The notes under the pieces were generated by a model. That model was not told where the DNA came from. It did no database searches and worked only from the letters and a program-made list of their open reading frames with translations. The position numbers were made by a program, and so were the translations under genes. From Patescibacteria group bacterium (GTDB lineage Bacteria > Patescibacteriota > Minisyncoccia > Minisyncoccales > GWA2-38-27), in NCBI GenBank assembly GCA_020148045.1, contig JAHCRG010000017.1, forward strand, positions 21,229 to 85,228: a stretch of 64,000 nt of DNA. Direction: 5' to 3'. Below, piece after piece: positions 1 to 9,514 of the stretch (positions within the stretch are counted from its first letter, which is position 1; every line of letters starts with the position of its first letter).

Positions 1-318
1 TAAAAGAGTCTTTTTAAATTTTTTGTTTTTAGTTTGATTAGCTAAAATTCTTAGGGTCCTGGGTAAGGAAACACCGGCAGCAATCATAACTCGGAGATTT
101 CTGGCAAACATTATTTTCTCAGTCAAAGAAACCCAACCAAAAAAAGGAACTGTGATTAAAAATTTCTTTTTATGCTCCTCTTCTTCAGAAGTGGCTTTAA
201 TTAAAATAGAACCTTCTTTTCGAAGGATTTTAGCAAGTTCGTGTTCGTTCTTAGCTGACAGAGTTCCTGAGCGCGGCTCTCCTTTTAGGGTTTTGGCAAT
301 ATAATTATACCGAGGCAT
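1..318 (-). CDS. pilC: Type IV pilus platform protein PilC / T2SS F family (5' part; runs off window)
   Basis: Manual translation from ATG at 318: MPRYNYIAKTLKGEPRSGTLSAKNEHELAKILRKEG...EKIMFARNLRVMIAAGVSLPRTLRIL; directly downstream of pilB; not in ORF track because truncated. Confidence 0.9.
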   Translation of the reverse strand, partial: MPRYNYIAKTLKGEPRSGTLSAKNEHELAKILRKEGSILIKATSEEEEHKKKFLITVPFFGWVSLTEKIMFARNLRVMIAAGVSLPRTLRILANQTKNKKFKKTLL

Positions 319-323
319 GGGAT

Positions 324-2072
324 TTACTCTATTATTACCCTCAAAACTTCCTCGATTGACGTTACTCCCTGGGCTGCTTTTACAAATCCATCTTCAATTA
401 TTGTTCTCATCCCCTCTTTTTGAGCTTGCCCTTGAATTCGGTCAGTAGTTGCCTGGCTAACAATTAGCTCTTTTATAGTTTCGGTAACATTTAAAACTTC
501 AAAAATCCCAATTCGCCCTTTATGACCTTCGGGACATTCTTTTGAGGGTTTTGGTCGGTAAAATGGAATATTTTTGAAAGTAGCTCTTGGCTTTACTGCT
601 TTTTCTTCCTTTAAAACTTTAAGGACCTTCTCTAAATCACAATATTTAGCTAAATTTTTCAGTTCAGAATCTGTTAAAATGTACTTTTCACTTTCTGAAC
701 AAAGCCGCCTAACCAATCTTTGAGCCATAATTACATTTAAAGTTGAAGAGATTAAAAAAGGCTCAGCTTTCATATCAATCAACCGAGGGATGGCTCCGGC
801 AGCATTGGTTGTGTGTAAAGTAGATAAAACCAGATGACCGGTTAAAGCAGCATTAATAGCCAAGCCGGCGGTTTCGTTATCTCTAACCTCACCAACCATA
901 ATAATATCTGGGTCCTGCCTGACTAAAGACCGAAGCCCTGAAGCAAAAGTTAAACCAATTTTAGTGTTAACTTGAGTTTGATTAATCCTTGGCATTCTAT
1001 ATTCAATCGGATCTTCAATAGTAGAAATATTTACTCCGGGAGTATTTAAAATCTCCGTCATAGCATAAAGAGTAGTGGTTTTTCCCGAACCAGTAGGACC
1101 GGTAACAAGAATCATTCCTACTGGTTTTTTTAAATTATATTGAACTCTTTCTAAAGCTTCCCCTCTTAAGCCCAAGGTCTCTAAAGTAAGAGCTTTGGCT
1201 TTTTCCGGCAAAAGTCGCATTACAATTTTTTCTCCGTCAAAGGTTGGTAAAATCGAAACTCGGATAGAATATTTATATTCTCCGGTCTCAATTTTAAATC
1301 GGCCATCCTGAGGAAGCCGATGCTCATCTAATTTCAAGCTGGAAAGAACTTTAATCCTGGCAACAATCCCGGAACTAGCTATTTTTGGTAAAACCATGGC
1401 ATCGCGTAAAATTCCATCAATCCGATAGCGAACTACAACTTCTTTTTCTGTTGGCTCAATATGAATATCAGAGCCCCTCTGTAAAATTGCATGTTTCATC
1501 AAAGTATCTACAATTCGAATTACCGGTAATTCTTCAGCCACCTTCCTTAAATCTTCTTTCTCTTCAACAAACTCTTCCTCCTTAACGGGTCTTATCACCC
1601 CTGCTTCTTTTTTAATAATTTCTCCAAATTCAGCTTCAAGAGTTTTTTGATATTGCCTTAAAGCATTCTTGATACCTGCCGAGGTTGTTAATCTTGGTAA
1701 AATTTTAAAATTAGCCTTCTTCTTAATAAATTCAATGGTTCTTAAATCTTCGGGATCAAGCATAGCCACTTCCAAGTTTATCCCCTTTTTTCTAAAGGCA
1801 ACGATGTTATGGCTTTTAGCAATAGCTTCAGGGATTATTTTTAAAACCTCGGGAGGAATCATCTCCTCTTCTAAATTTACAAAAGGGATACCTAAAATAT
1901 AAGCTTCCAGCCTAACTAAATCCTCTTGACTAATTAAACCCTCGGAAATCAAAACATCCTCAATCTTCTGTTTGGTTTTCTCTGCTTTTTTTAGGGATGC
2001 CTCAAACTGAGCCTCGGTAATTAGGTCAGCATCAAGCATGAAGGCCTTTAATCGCTGTGGCTCTACTCTCAT
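324..2072 (-). CDS. pilB: Type IV pilus assembly ATPase PilB/GspE family
   Basis: SDIHIEP, RLPQDGR, Walker A GPTGSGKTT, TIEDPIEY, LVRQDPDIIMVGEVRD, LTGHLVLSTLH. Confidence 0.95.
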   Translation of the reverse strand: MRVEPQRLKAFMLDADLITEAQFEASLKKAEKTKQKIEDVLISEGLISQEDLVRLEAYILGIPFVNLEEEMIPPEVLKIIPEAIAKSHNIVAFRKKGINLEVAMLDPEDLRTIEFIKKKANFKILPRLTTSAGIKNALRQYQKTLEAEFGEIIKKEAGVIRPVKEEEFVEEKEDLRKVAEELPVIRIVDTLMKHAILQRGSDIHIEPTEKEVVVRYRIDGILRDAMVLPKIASSGIVARIKVLSSLKLDEHRLPQDGRFKIETGEYKYSIRVSILPTFDGEKIVMRLLPEKAKALTLETLGLRGEALERVQYNLKKPVGMILVTGPTGSGKTTTLYAMTEILNTPGVNISTIEDPIEYRMPRINQTQVNTKIGLTFASGLRSLVRQDPDIIMVGEVRDNETAGLAINAALTGHLVLSTLHTTNAAGAIPRLIDMKAEPFLISSTLNVIMAQRLVRRLCSESEKYILTDSELKNLAKYCDLEKVLKVLKEEKAVKPRATFKNIPFYRPKPSKECPEGHKGRIGIFEVLNVTETIKELIVSQATTDRIQGQAQKEGMRTIIEDGFVKAAQGVTSIEEVLRVIIE

Positions 2073-2138
2073 ATGTTTTAATTTAAGATTATATATTTAT
2101 ACCTTAGCGAATCAAGGTTCTCGCCGAAGGCGAGGTTC

Positions 2139-2507
2139 TTATTCTTCAATGGCTTTTTTAATTTTTTCCATCACTTCCTCTATTGTATATTTAGTTTTCA
2201 CTAAATAAGCAGTTGCTCCCAATTTAACGGCTTGTTCCACATCTTCCATCTTTTCAAGATTAGTCAAAACAATAACCGGAATTTCTTTTGTCTCTGGTTC
2301 TTCTTTTAGCTTCTTCAAAACCTCAAAACCGTGCATTCTGGGCAAAACGAGGTCAAGCAAAATTAAATCTGGCTTTTTGGTCCTGGCTAAGTTAAAACCT
2401 GTTTCCCCATCTAAGGCACTAATCATTTCATAGCCCCCCTGTTTCAAAATATCTCCAAATGTTTTTTGAAGAGCAGATTCATCTTCAATGAATAATATTT
2501 TCTTCAT
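2139..2507 (-). CDS. Single-domain response regulator (receiver)
   Basis: ILFIEDE, PDLILLDLVLP, VIVLTN, AYLVK receiver motifs; downstream of a histidine kinase. Confidence 0.93.
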   Translation of the reverse strand: MKKILFIEDESALQKTFGDILKQGGYEMISALDGETGFNLARTKKPDLILLDLVLPRMHGFEVLKKLKEEPETKEIPVIVLTNLEKMEDVEQAVKLGATAYLVKTKYTIEEVMEKIKKAIEE

Positions 2508-2517
2508 GAAACTATCA

Positions 2518-2582
2518 ACGAATACCTAATCTATTACGAATTTACGAATATTCGTAAATTTGAAAAGGATTCGTTATTCGCT
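2518..2582. repeat. Short-period ACGAAT/ATTCGT direct + inverted repeat array
   Basis: ttacgaat ttacgaat followed by attcgtaa ... attcgtt attcgct, filling the kinase-regulator intergenic gap. Confidence 0.7.
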
Positions 2583-2587
2583 GATTA

Positions 2588-3529
2588 CTAAATTGGTAAT
2601 GTAAAATAAAAGGTTGTTCCTTTTCCCTCTTTGGATTCAAACCAAATTTTTCCTCCTAATTTCTCAATAATTGATTTGCAGACATATAATCCTAAACCAC
2701 TTCCCCGGGTTCGTTCTTTCAAAATATTCTCTGCCCGGAAAAATTTCCGGAAAATATACCTTTGTTCTTTTTTAGGAATACCCGCCCCCGAATCTTTTAT
2801 TTTAAAAAATAAGTTTTTTTCTCTTCTCTCAATGCTAATTTTCACTTTCCCTCTACCTTTGGTATAACGAACAGCATTGTCTATAAGATTTTCAACTACA
2901 AGTTTTAATAAAGAAGGGTCCGTAAAAACTTCAGACAAACTTTTCTGAGAAGAAAAACTTAGCTCAATATGTGAGGCCTCGGCAAAAACCTTATATCGTG
3001 AAACTTGCTCTTTTATTAAACTTTCCAAGGAAAATTCTTTTTTCAATACTGGAAAAGTTCCTTGTTCAATTTTGGAAACAATTAACAAATCATCAATTAA
3101 TTCTACCATTCGGGCAATATTTTCTTTCACATTATTTAAATATTCTTCTACTTTTCCCGAAGGCACTTCCATTTCTTTTGAGGTCAGAAGTTCAAATGTC
3201 CATTTTATGTTGGTTAAAGGAGAACGCAGCTGGTGAGAAATTATGTTGATAAATTCCGATTTCATTCGGGAGGCCTCAGCCAATCTTTCAAAGCTCCGAG
3301 TCGTAACAAAGGCAATAATAAATAAAACTGTGGTAATAACAAGAATAATCAGAGCCACCATTTCAGGATCAGCTATATAACGAGTCCCGATTAAATAAGA
3401 GACAATTGAAGCTGAAGCAATAACACTTCCCATTACCAAAAAAAGAAACTGGGGGCACTGCCAAAGAGGAAGCCCATAACGTCGACACTGGGCAAGAATA
3501 TTTAATTGGGCAAGAATTTTTTTAAGCAT
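2588..3529 (-). CDS. Membrane sensor histidine kinase
   Basis: Two TM helices, H-box SHQLRSPL, N-box NLIDNAVRY, DSGAGI, GSGLGL, GKGTTF. Confidence 0.95.
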   Translation of the reverse strand: MLKKILAQLNILAQCRRYGLPLWQCPQFLFLVMGSVIASASIVSYLIGTRYIADPEMVALIILVITTVLFIIAFVTTRSFERLAEASRMKSEFINIISHQLRSPLTNIKWTFELLTSKEMEVPSGKVEEYLNNVKENIARMVELIDDLLIVSKIEQGTFPVLKKEFSLESLIKEQVSRYKVFAEASHIELSFSSQKSLSEVFTDPSLLKLVVENLIDNAVRYTKGRGKVKISIERREKNLFFKIKDSGAGIPKKEQRYIFRKFFRAENILKERTRGSGLGLYVCKSIIEKLGGKIWFESKEGKGTTFYFTLPI

Positions 3530-3571
3530 CTAATTATTTTATTATATCATTATATCATAAATCAATAAAGA

Positions 3572-3600
3572 TTGACCACAAAGGAAAATTTTGCTATATT
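3572..3600 (+). promoter_or_regulatory. Sigma70-type promoter for tRNA-Pro/tRNA-Gly
   Basis: TTGACC-17 bp-TATATT with TG extension, 9 nt before the tRNA. Confidence 0.7.
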
Positions 3601-3609
3601 TGAAACATA

Positions 3610-3682
3610 CGGGGTGTGGTGTAATGGTTAACATTCTCGCTTTGGGAGCGAGCGATTCCCGGTCCGAGTCCGGGCACCCCGA
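3610..3682 (+). tRNA. tRNA-Pro(TGG)
   Basis: Acceptor CGGGGTG/CACCCCG, anticodon arm CTCGC-TT TGG GA-GCGAG, T-arm CCCGG-TCCGAGT-CCGGG; no CCA. Confidence 0.93.
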
Positions 3683-3684
3683 CT

Positions 3685-3755
3685 GCGGGTATAGTATAAT
3701 GGTAGTACAAAACCCTTCCAAGGTTTAGGCACGGGTCCAACTCCCGTTACCCGCT
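3685..3755 (+). tRNA. tRNA-Gly(TCC)
   Basis: Acceptor GCGGGTA/TACCCGC, discriminator T, anticodon arm AAACC-CT TCC AA-GGTTT, T-arm ACGGG-TCCAACT-CCCGT; no CCA. Confidence 0.93.
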
Positions 3756-3757
3756 CT

Positions 3758-4096
3758 ATGTCAAAAAAAGTAAAAAAAATTATTTTTCCAGGAACAACTT
3801 TGATAGTTTCTTTTTATCTTTCAATTTTGTTCACTATCGGAATAATCGCTGGCTATCTTGGCACAACCCTTTTTCATAGAAGAATCCGGAAAAAAAGAGG
3901 GGAAGTAAGAGGGGTAAATTTACCTTTCAGAAAATGGGAAATCCATTTACATCACTGGATATTAGGAGGTTTAGGAATCCTTATTACTTATTTTTTCTCA
4001 TCTTTATCAATTTTCTGGATAGGTGTTTTCGGTGGTTTAGTTTTTCACGATATTTACACTGATAAAAAATGGTATAGAGTTATTTACAGAAAATAG
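3758..4096 (+). CDS. Hypothetical membrane protein (HLHHW...HD motif)
   Basis: 112-aa ORF with 3 hydrophobic segments, followed by a terminator. Confidence 0.75.
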   Translation: MSKKVKKIIFPGTTLIVSFYLSILFTIGIIAGYLGTTLFHRRIRKKRGEVRGVNLPFRKWEIHLHHWILGGLGILITYFFSSLSIFWIGVFGGLVFHDIYTDKKWYRVIYRK

Positions 4097-4102
4097 ACGA
4101 CT

Positions 4103-4137
4103 AAAAAAAGCCCACTCAAATTGAGCGGGCTTTTTTT
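4103..4137. terminator. Bidirectional intrinsic terminator
   Basis: A7-GCCCACTCAA-A-TTGAGCGGGC-T7 between convergent genes. Confidence 0.85.
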
Positions 4138-4153
4138 ATCTAATATCTAACAC

Positions 4154-5683
4154 CTACCGGGCATACTCCACTGCCCTATTTTCCCTAATCACCGTCACTT
4201 TTATTTCACCGGGATATTTTAATTCTTCTTGGATTCTATTGGCAACTTCTCTGGCTAATTTCTTTGCAAATAAATCATCGATCTCTCCCGGTCTAACAAA
4301 AATGCGAATCTCTCTACCTGCCTGGATAGCATAAGCTTTTTCAACTCCAGAAAAAGATAAAGCAATACCTTCAAGCTCTTCTAATCTTTTGAGATAATTT
4401 TCAAGGGTATCTTTTCTTGCTCCAGGACGGGCACCTGAAATTTGGTCAGCTACCTGAACTAAAATTGCTTCAAGGGTTTCGGCAGGGTATTCTTCATGGT
4501 GAGATTTCATAGCATCAATTATTTCTTTCTCTACCTCAAACTTTTCTAAAATTTTTATTCCAATATCAGTATGGGAACCCTGAACCTGATGGTCAACTGC
4601 TTTCCCAATATCATGGAGCAAACCTGCTTTTTGGGCTATTTTTGAATTAGCTCCTAATTCTGAAGCTAAGGTAGCAGCCAAATGGGAAACTTCAATTGAA
4701 TGAAGTAAAACATTTTGACCATAACTGGTTCTAAAACGCAACCTTCCTAAAAGCTGAACTATTTTGGGGTCAAGATTGACTATTCCGGTATCATAAACTG
4801 CTTTCTCCCCCGCTTCTTTTATCTGCGAAACAATATCTGATTCCACTTTCTGAACTGTCTCTTCAATTCTGGCTGGTTGAATCCTGCCGTCCTGAATTAA
4901 TTTCTCTAAAGCAGTTTTAGCAATCTGTCTTCGGATAGGATCAAAACCAGAAATCATTACAACTTCAGGCGTCTCATCAACAACTACTTCTACGCCGGTT
5001 AATCTCTCTAAGGTTCTAATGTTTCTTCCTTCTTTCCCAATAATTCTTCCTTTTATCTCCTCGTTTGGAAGATTAACTGTCGTAGTAGTCAATTCCTGAG
5101 CCTGAGAAAGAGCATATTTTTGAATAGCCAAAGCTACTATTTCTTTAGCTTTCTTCTCATATTTTTCAAAACCAGCTTCCTCTAACTTTCTTATTTTCTC
5201 CAAAATTTCTTTCTGATATTCTCTTTCAAGGTCTCCCAGTAATTCTTTTTTTGCTTCTTCCCTGGAAAGTTTAGAAACCCTCTCCAAATTTTTAAGAGTT
5301 TCTTGTTTCAAATCTTCTAAAGCTGTCTTTATCTCCCTAAGTTTTTCCACTTTCTCACGAAACTCTCTTTCTTTCTCTTCCAGATTTGAAATTCTCTCCC
5401 CTAAGATATTCTGTCTTTTCAATAAAAGCTTTTCAGCGCTAAAAAGTTCCCGGCGCTGACTGGCGACATCTCTTTTTGTTTTTTCAATAATCTGAGTTGC
5501 TTTCTCTTTAGCTCTTGATGTTATTTCTCCGGCATCTTTTTTTACCTGAGAAATTTTCTTTTGAAGAGTTGTCTCTATGGTGTCTGCTTTTTTCCTGGCA
5601 ATTGATTGACGGGCAAAATAACCCAAGGTCGCTCCTATTGCCAAAATAAGGACACCCGCTAAAAGTAGGATAAATTGATACAT
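4154..5683 (-). CDS. rny: Ribonuclease Y
   Basis: N-terminal TM, coiled coil, KH (KGRIIGKEGRNIR), HD domain (LLHDIGKA), RPGAR, YAIQAGREIR. Confidence 0.97.
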   Translation of the reverse strand: MYQFILLLAGVLILAIGATLGYFARQSIARKKADTIETTLQKKISQVKKDAGEITSRAKEKATQIIEKTKRDVASQRRELFSAEKLLLKRQNILGERISNLEEKEREFREKVEKLREIKTALEDLKQETLKNLERVSKLSREEAKKELLGDLEREYQKEILEKIRKLEEAGFEKYEKKAKEIVALAIQKYALSQAQELTTTTVNLPNEEIKGRIIGKEGRNIRTLERLTGVEVVVDETPEVVMISGFDPIRRQIAKTALEKLIQDGRIQPARIEETVQKVESDIVSQIKEAGEKAVYDTGIVNLDPKIVQLLGRLRFRTSYGQNVLLHSIEVSHLAATLASELGANSKIAQKAGLLHDIGKAVDHQVQGSHTDIGIKILEKFEVEKEIIDAMKSHHEEYPAETLEAILVQVADQISGARPGARKDTLENYLKRLEELEGIALSFSGVEKAYAIQAGREIRIFVRPGEIDDLFAKKLAREVANRIQEELKYPGEIKVTVIRENRAVEYAR

Positions 5684-5866
5684 ATTTCGAAAGAATTTGG
5701 CTATTTATCATGTTGTTGTAAAAAACAAGAATTTAATAGAATAAACCAAAATTCAAATTATTTGTTTTCTAAAGACATCTTAGCAAATATTCCAAAAAAA
5801 GTAAACCCTGGCTTAATAAAAAACCGTCTTTAAAAAAGACGGCTATCTTTGAACCTCCTAATTTAT

Positions 5867-6451
5867 CTACTCTTTTGCCTTTATTACTTCATCAATAATT
5901 CCGTATTCCTTTGCTTCATCGGCTGATAAATAAAAATCTCTATCAGTATCTTTTTCTACTTTTTCTAAGGATTGACCCGTGTGTTTAGCTAACATTTTAT
6001 TTAATTTATTTTTGATTTTAATAATCTGTTTAGCTGTGATTTCAATTTCTATTGCCTCTCCTGTTACTCCGCCTGCTACTTGATGAAGCAAAACTTCGGT
6101 ATTTGGCAAAGCAAAACGTTTCCCTTTTTCCCCGGCAGCAAGCAAAACAGCACCCATTGAGCCCGCTAATCCAAAACAAATTGTAGCAACCGGGCATTTT
6201 ATATACTGCATGGTATCGTAAATTGCCAGACCAGCAGTTACCGAGCCTCCGGGCGTATTGATATAAAGCTGAATGTCTTTTTTTGGATCCTGGCTAGCTA
6301 AAAACAGCATCTGGGCAATTACTAAATTAGCCAGGGTATCAGTAATAGGACCTGCTAAAAAAATGATTCTATCTTTTAAAAGCCGAGAATAAATATCATA
6401 AGCCCTTTCCCCATGTTTTGTTTTTTCTAAAACCGTTGGAACTAAATTCAT
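5867..6451 (-). CDS. clpP: ATP-dependent Clp protease proteolytic subunit
   Basis: [23 protein letters not shown], catalytic S (AGSMGA), H (LLHQ), D (DRD). Confidence 0.97.
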   Translation of the reverse strand: MNLVPTVLEKTKHGERAYDIYSRLLKDRIIFLAGPITDTLANLVIAQMLFLASQDPKKDIQLYINTPGGSVTAGLAIYDTMQYIKCPVATICFGLAGSMGAVLLAAGEKGKRFALPNTEVLLHQVAGGVTGEAIEIEITAKQIIKIKNKLNKMLAKHTGQSLEKVEKDTDRDFYLSADEAKEYGIIDEVIKAKE

Positions 6452-7626
6452 AAGTTTTCAAGTAATTGAAATATTTTTTCTATTTTCTCTGCTTCTTGAG
6501 TATACTTCTTTATTTCCTCGGAGTCAAGTTCTCTTTTGCCGATTTCTCTTAAAACCAAGAAGTTTTTTACTTTTTTCTGAGTTTGGGACAGAAAGGAATC
6601 TATTACTTCTTTTTCGGTTTTTTTCAGTTTCTTTAAATAATCCTCAAAAGGGATTTTTAATCTTTCAGAAACCATTTTTTTAAGATCTTCCAGCATTTGT
6701 TTTTGTTCCTGCTCAATTAAAACTTCGGGAATTTCAGATTTTGATGCCTGACTTATTTTTTCCAAAATCTCTTCTCTTACTCGCTGAGATTCTACCCGTT
6801 CTTTCTCTAAATTAAGTCCTTCTTTTACATTGTTCTTGAGGGCGTTTAAATTTTCAAATTTTCCCAAACTTTTTGCAAACTGGTCATCAACTTTAGGAAG
6901 CTCCACATTCTGAATTGACTTCATTTTAACTTTAAGCGTAATCTGTTTGCCTAGCTTCTGGAAAGGATGGTTTTCCGGAATATTTATTGAAACTCCATCT
7001 TTTTCCTCTTCTGCCTTCATTCCAATTAATTTTTCTTCAAACCCTGGAATGAAATGACCCTCTCCTAAAATAAAAGCATCCTTTCGTCCCTCTCCCTGAA
7101 TTTGAGCTGACCAATATTCAATCTCCACAAAATCCCCTTTCTGAGCAGGTTGATTTTTTAAAGTAAATTTTGCCCGAGATTTCTGAAGCCATTTTAAAGC
7201 ATTTTCAATTTCTTTTTCTTCCACTACAACTTTATTTCTCTTGATATTAGAAGCAATCTTTCTATAATCAGGTAATTTAATTTCAGGCAGAACCGCTGTT
7301 TTCGCTGAAAAAACCAAATCACTACCCTTAGCAAGTTTCTTAATTTCAATCTTTGGCTGAAAAATGGCTTCAATTTTATTTTCTAAAACTGCCTTTTTAT
7401 AAGTTTCATTAACAGCTAAATCACCTGCTTCAATTAATATCTTTTCTGGACCTATATGTTCTTCGATAATATTTTTTGGCGCTTTGCCTTTTCTAAAACC
7501 TCTAATTTCTAAGTCCTTACCCAAGTTTAAGGTAGCCCGCTCAATAAAGTTATCGAATTCGTCAGCGGGCACTTCAATCTCTAGTTCAATTTGAGATTTC
7601 GGTAATTTATTTATCTTTACCCGCAT
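6448..7626 (-). CDS. tig: Trigger factor (C-terminal domain somewhat shortened)
   Basis: GFRKGKAP ribosome-binding motif, [13 protein letters not shown]ase motif, tig-clpP synteny. Confidence 0.95.
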   Translation of the reverse strand: MRVKINKLPKSQIELEIEVPADEFDNFIERATLNLGKDLEIRGFRKGKAPKNIIEEHIGPEKILIEAGDLAVNETYKKAVLENKIEAIFQPKIEIKKLAKGSDLVFSAKTAVLPEIKLPDYRKIASNIKRNKVVVEEKEIENALKWLQKSRAKFTLKNQPAQKGDFVEIEYWSAQIQGEGRKDAFILGEGHFIPGFEEKLIGMKAEEEKDGVSINIPENHPFQKLGKQITLKVKMKSIQNVELPKVDDQFAKSLGKFENLNALKNNVKEGLNLEKERVESQRVREEILEKISQASKSEIPEVLIEQEQKQMLEDLKKMVSERLKIPFEDYLKKLKKTEKEVIDSFLSQTQKKVKNFLVLREIGKRELDSEEIKKYTQEAEKIEKIFQLLENL

Positions 7627-8152
7627 ATTTCTCCACCGCCTTCTTAATTATCTCTTTAGCTTTATCTACTCCTCCCCAGCCTTTTATTTTAACGAACTTG
7701 TATTTTTCCTTCTCTAACTTCTTATAGTCGGCAAAAAAGATCTCTATCTCTTTTTTAAGATGTTCATCAAGGTCCTCTGTTTTTCGAATCTTTTTAAAGC
7801 GAGGATCTACTTTTCCCGAAGGAACAGCCACAATTTTATTATCAATTCCTGCCTCGTCTTCCATCAAGAGCATCCCAATTGGACAAGCTGAAATAACACA
7901 TCCCGGGAAAGTGGGATAAGTGGTGAGGAGAACCACATCTAATGAATCACCATCTTCAGATATTGTCTGGGGAACAAAGCCATATTCAAATGGAAAAAAC
8001 ATAGGGGAGTAAAGCGTCCTATCTAATTTAAAATATCCCTTATCTTCTTCGTATTCATATTTATTTTCTGAACCCTTAGGAATATCTATCACTACATTGA
8101 TTTGGTCTGGTGGATTTTCCCCAGCTGGAATATCTTTAAATAAATTAGTCAT
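7607..8152 (-). CDS. ppa: Family I inorganic pyrophosphatase
   Basis: KYE, LDR, YGFVPQT, EDGDSLDV, DEAGIDNK, FFADYK. Confidence 0.96.
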   Translation of the reverse strand: MTNLFKDIPAGENPPDQINVVIDIPKGSENKYEYEEDKGYFKLDRTLYSPMFFPFEYGFVPQTISEDGDSLDVVLLTTYPTFPGCVISACPIGMLLMEDEAGIDNKIVAVPSGKVDPRFKKIRKTEDLDEHLKKEIEIFFADYKKLEKEKYKFVKIKGWGGVDKAKEIIKKAVEKYAGKDK

Positions 8153-8166
8153 AATATTAAATAATA

Positions 8167-9417
8167 TTATTTTGATTTTTTAGTCGACCTTGTGGTTGTA
8201 GTTTCTGGTTTTTTAGTTTCTTTCTTTTTTGCTACTTTCTTCTTATTTTTTTCCTCTTTCTTCTCTTTCTCTTCTTTCTCTTCCTCTCCAGCTTCCCCTG
8301 CAGCTCTAACATCTATCTTCCAACCAGTAAGTTTAGCAGCCAATCTCACGTTTTGACCATCTTTGCCAATAGCTAAAGATAATTGGTCCTCAGGAACAAG
8401 ACAAAGGGCTTTGTTTTTTGGCATAATTTTTACTTCCAAAACCTTAGCTGGAGAAAGAGCATTAGCAATAAATTTTTCTGGGTCATCAGAATATTCAATA
8501 ATATCAATTTTTTCTCCTCCTAACTCATTAATCACAGCTATAACCCTTGACCCTCTTTGTCCAACAGCACTCCCTATTGGATCTACTCCCTCTTCTTTTG
8601 ATTCTACTGCAATTTTTGAACGGGAGCCTGGCTCCCGGGCAATTGATTTAATTACTACTTGGCCCTGAGAAATCTCCGGAACTTCCAACTCAAAAAGTTT
8701 TGAGATTAATTTTGGATAAGCTCGGGATAAAAACACAGCGGGCCCCTTTGGAGTTTCCTCAACTTTTAAAATATAAACTTTTAATCTTTGGCCAGGTTTA
8801 TAAAATTCTCCAAAGACCTGTTCTTCCCTTGGCAGAACCCCTAAGGTCTTGCCAATGTCAATAAGAACATTCCTCCCCTCCATTCTTTGGACAATCCCTG
8901 AAACTATTTCTCCTTCTTTTGATTTATATTCTTCAAAAATTGTTTCCCTTTCTGCTTCTCTAATTTTCTGCAAAATCACCTGTTTTGCTGTCTGGGCAGC
9001 TATCCGACCATAATCCTCTCGGGTTTTTAAAGGTATCTCTAATTCTTCTCCAGCTTTAACCCCTTTCTTTTTTTTCTTTGCCTCTTTTAGCATAATATGC
9101 TTTTCCGGGTTAAAACGAATCTTTTCTTCCTTTTTCTTTTCCTTGCCCGCCGTAGCCTTGGCGGAGGCGGATTTTAACTTCTCTAATTCTTCTTCAGAGT
9201 AAATCATCTCTTCTGAGACAACTAATTTTATCTGCCAAAATTTAACTCCCCCGGTCTCTGGATTTAGTTTAGCTCTAATTAACTGACCTCTTTCGCCATA
9301 ATCTTTTTTATAGGCAGCAGCAATAGCCGTTTCAATACTCTCAATTACCTTTTCTAAAGGGATTCCTTTTTCTTCGGCGATTTGAGAAATCGCTGATGTA
9401 AAATTTTTTATATCCAT
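8167..9417 (-). CDS. nusA: Transcription termination/antitermination factor NusA
   Basis: GRIAAQTAKQVI, LFELEVPEI, AREPGSRSKIAV, AIGKDGQNVRLAAKLTGWKID. Confidence 0.97.
   Translation of the reverse strand: MDIKNFTSAISQIAEEKGIPLEKVIESIETAIAAAYKKDYGERGQLIRAKLNPETGGVKFWQIKLVVSEEMIYSEEELEKLKSASAKATAGKEKKKEEKIRFNPEKHIMLKEAKKKKKGVKAGEELEIPLKTREDYGRIAAQTAKQVILQKIREAERETIFEEYKSKEGEIVSGIVQRMEGRNVLIDIGKTLGVLPREEQVFGEFYKPGQRLKVYILKVEETPKGPAVFLSRAYPKLISKLFELEVPEISQGQVVIKSIAREPGSRSKIAVESKEEGVDPIGSAVGQRGSRVIAVINELGGEKIDIIEYSDDPEKFIANALSPAKVLEVKIMPKNKALCLVPEDQLSLAIGKDGQNVRLAAKLTGWKIDVRAAGEAGEEEKEEKEKKEEKNKKKVAKKKETKKPETTTTRSTKKSK
9142..9171 (-). repeat. 30-bp palindromic element, copy 1 (in frame inside nusA)
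   Basis: cttgcccgccgtagccttggcggaggcgga; 26/30 identical to 26951-26980; encodes SASAKATAGK. Confidence 0.85.
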
Positions 9418-9428
9418 ATTAATAAAAT

Positions 9429-9448
9429 TGTCCGTTTTCCAACGGACA
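9429..9448 (-). terminator. Weak terminator/attenuator hairpin in nusA leader
   Basis: TGTCCGTT-GGAA-AACGGACA then ATTTTATT, between the predicted promoter and nusA ATG. Confidence 0.6.
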
Positions 9449-9476
9449 GAAATATCATTTTCATTCCTACAATCTT

Positions 9477-9505
9477 ATCCTATCAAAGCAAAATGCTCTT
9501 GTCAA
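9477..9505 (-). promoter_or_regulatory. Sigma70-type promoter of nusA-ppa-tig-clpP
   Basis: TTGACA-17 bp-TAGGAT with TG extension on minus strand. Confidence 0.65.
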
Positions 9506-9514
9506 CCCTAGGGG

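Noticed and set aside
6448..6451. UGA-recoded genetic code (as in Gracilibacteria/Absconditabacteria)
   Set aside because: TGA serves as stop in ATGA overlaps (tig/clpP, NYN/pnp and others) and conserved genes are uninterrupted under the standard code
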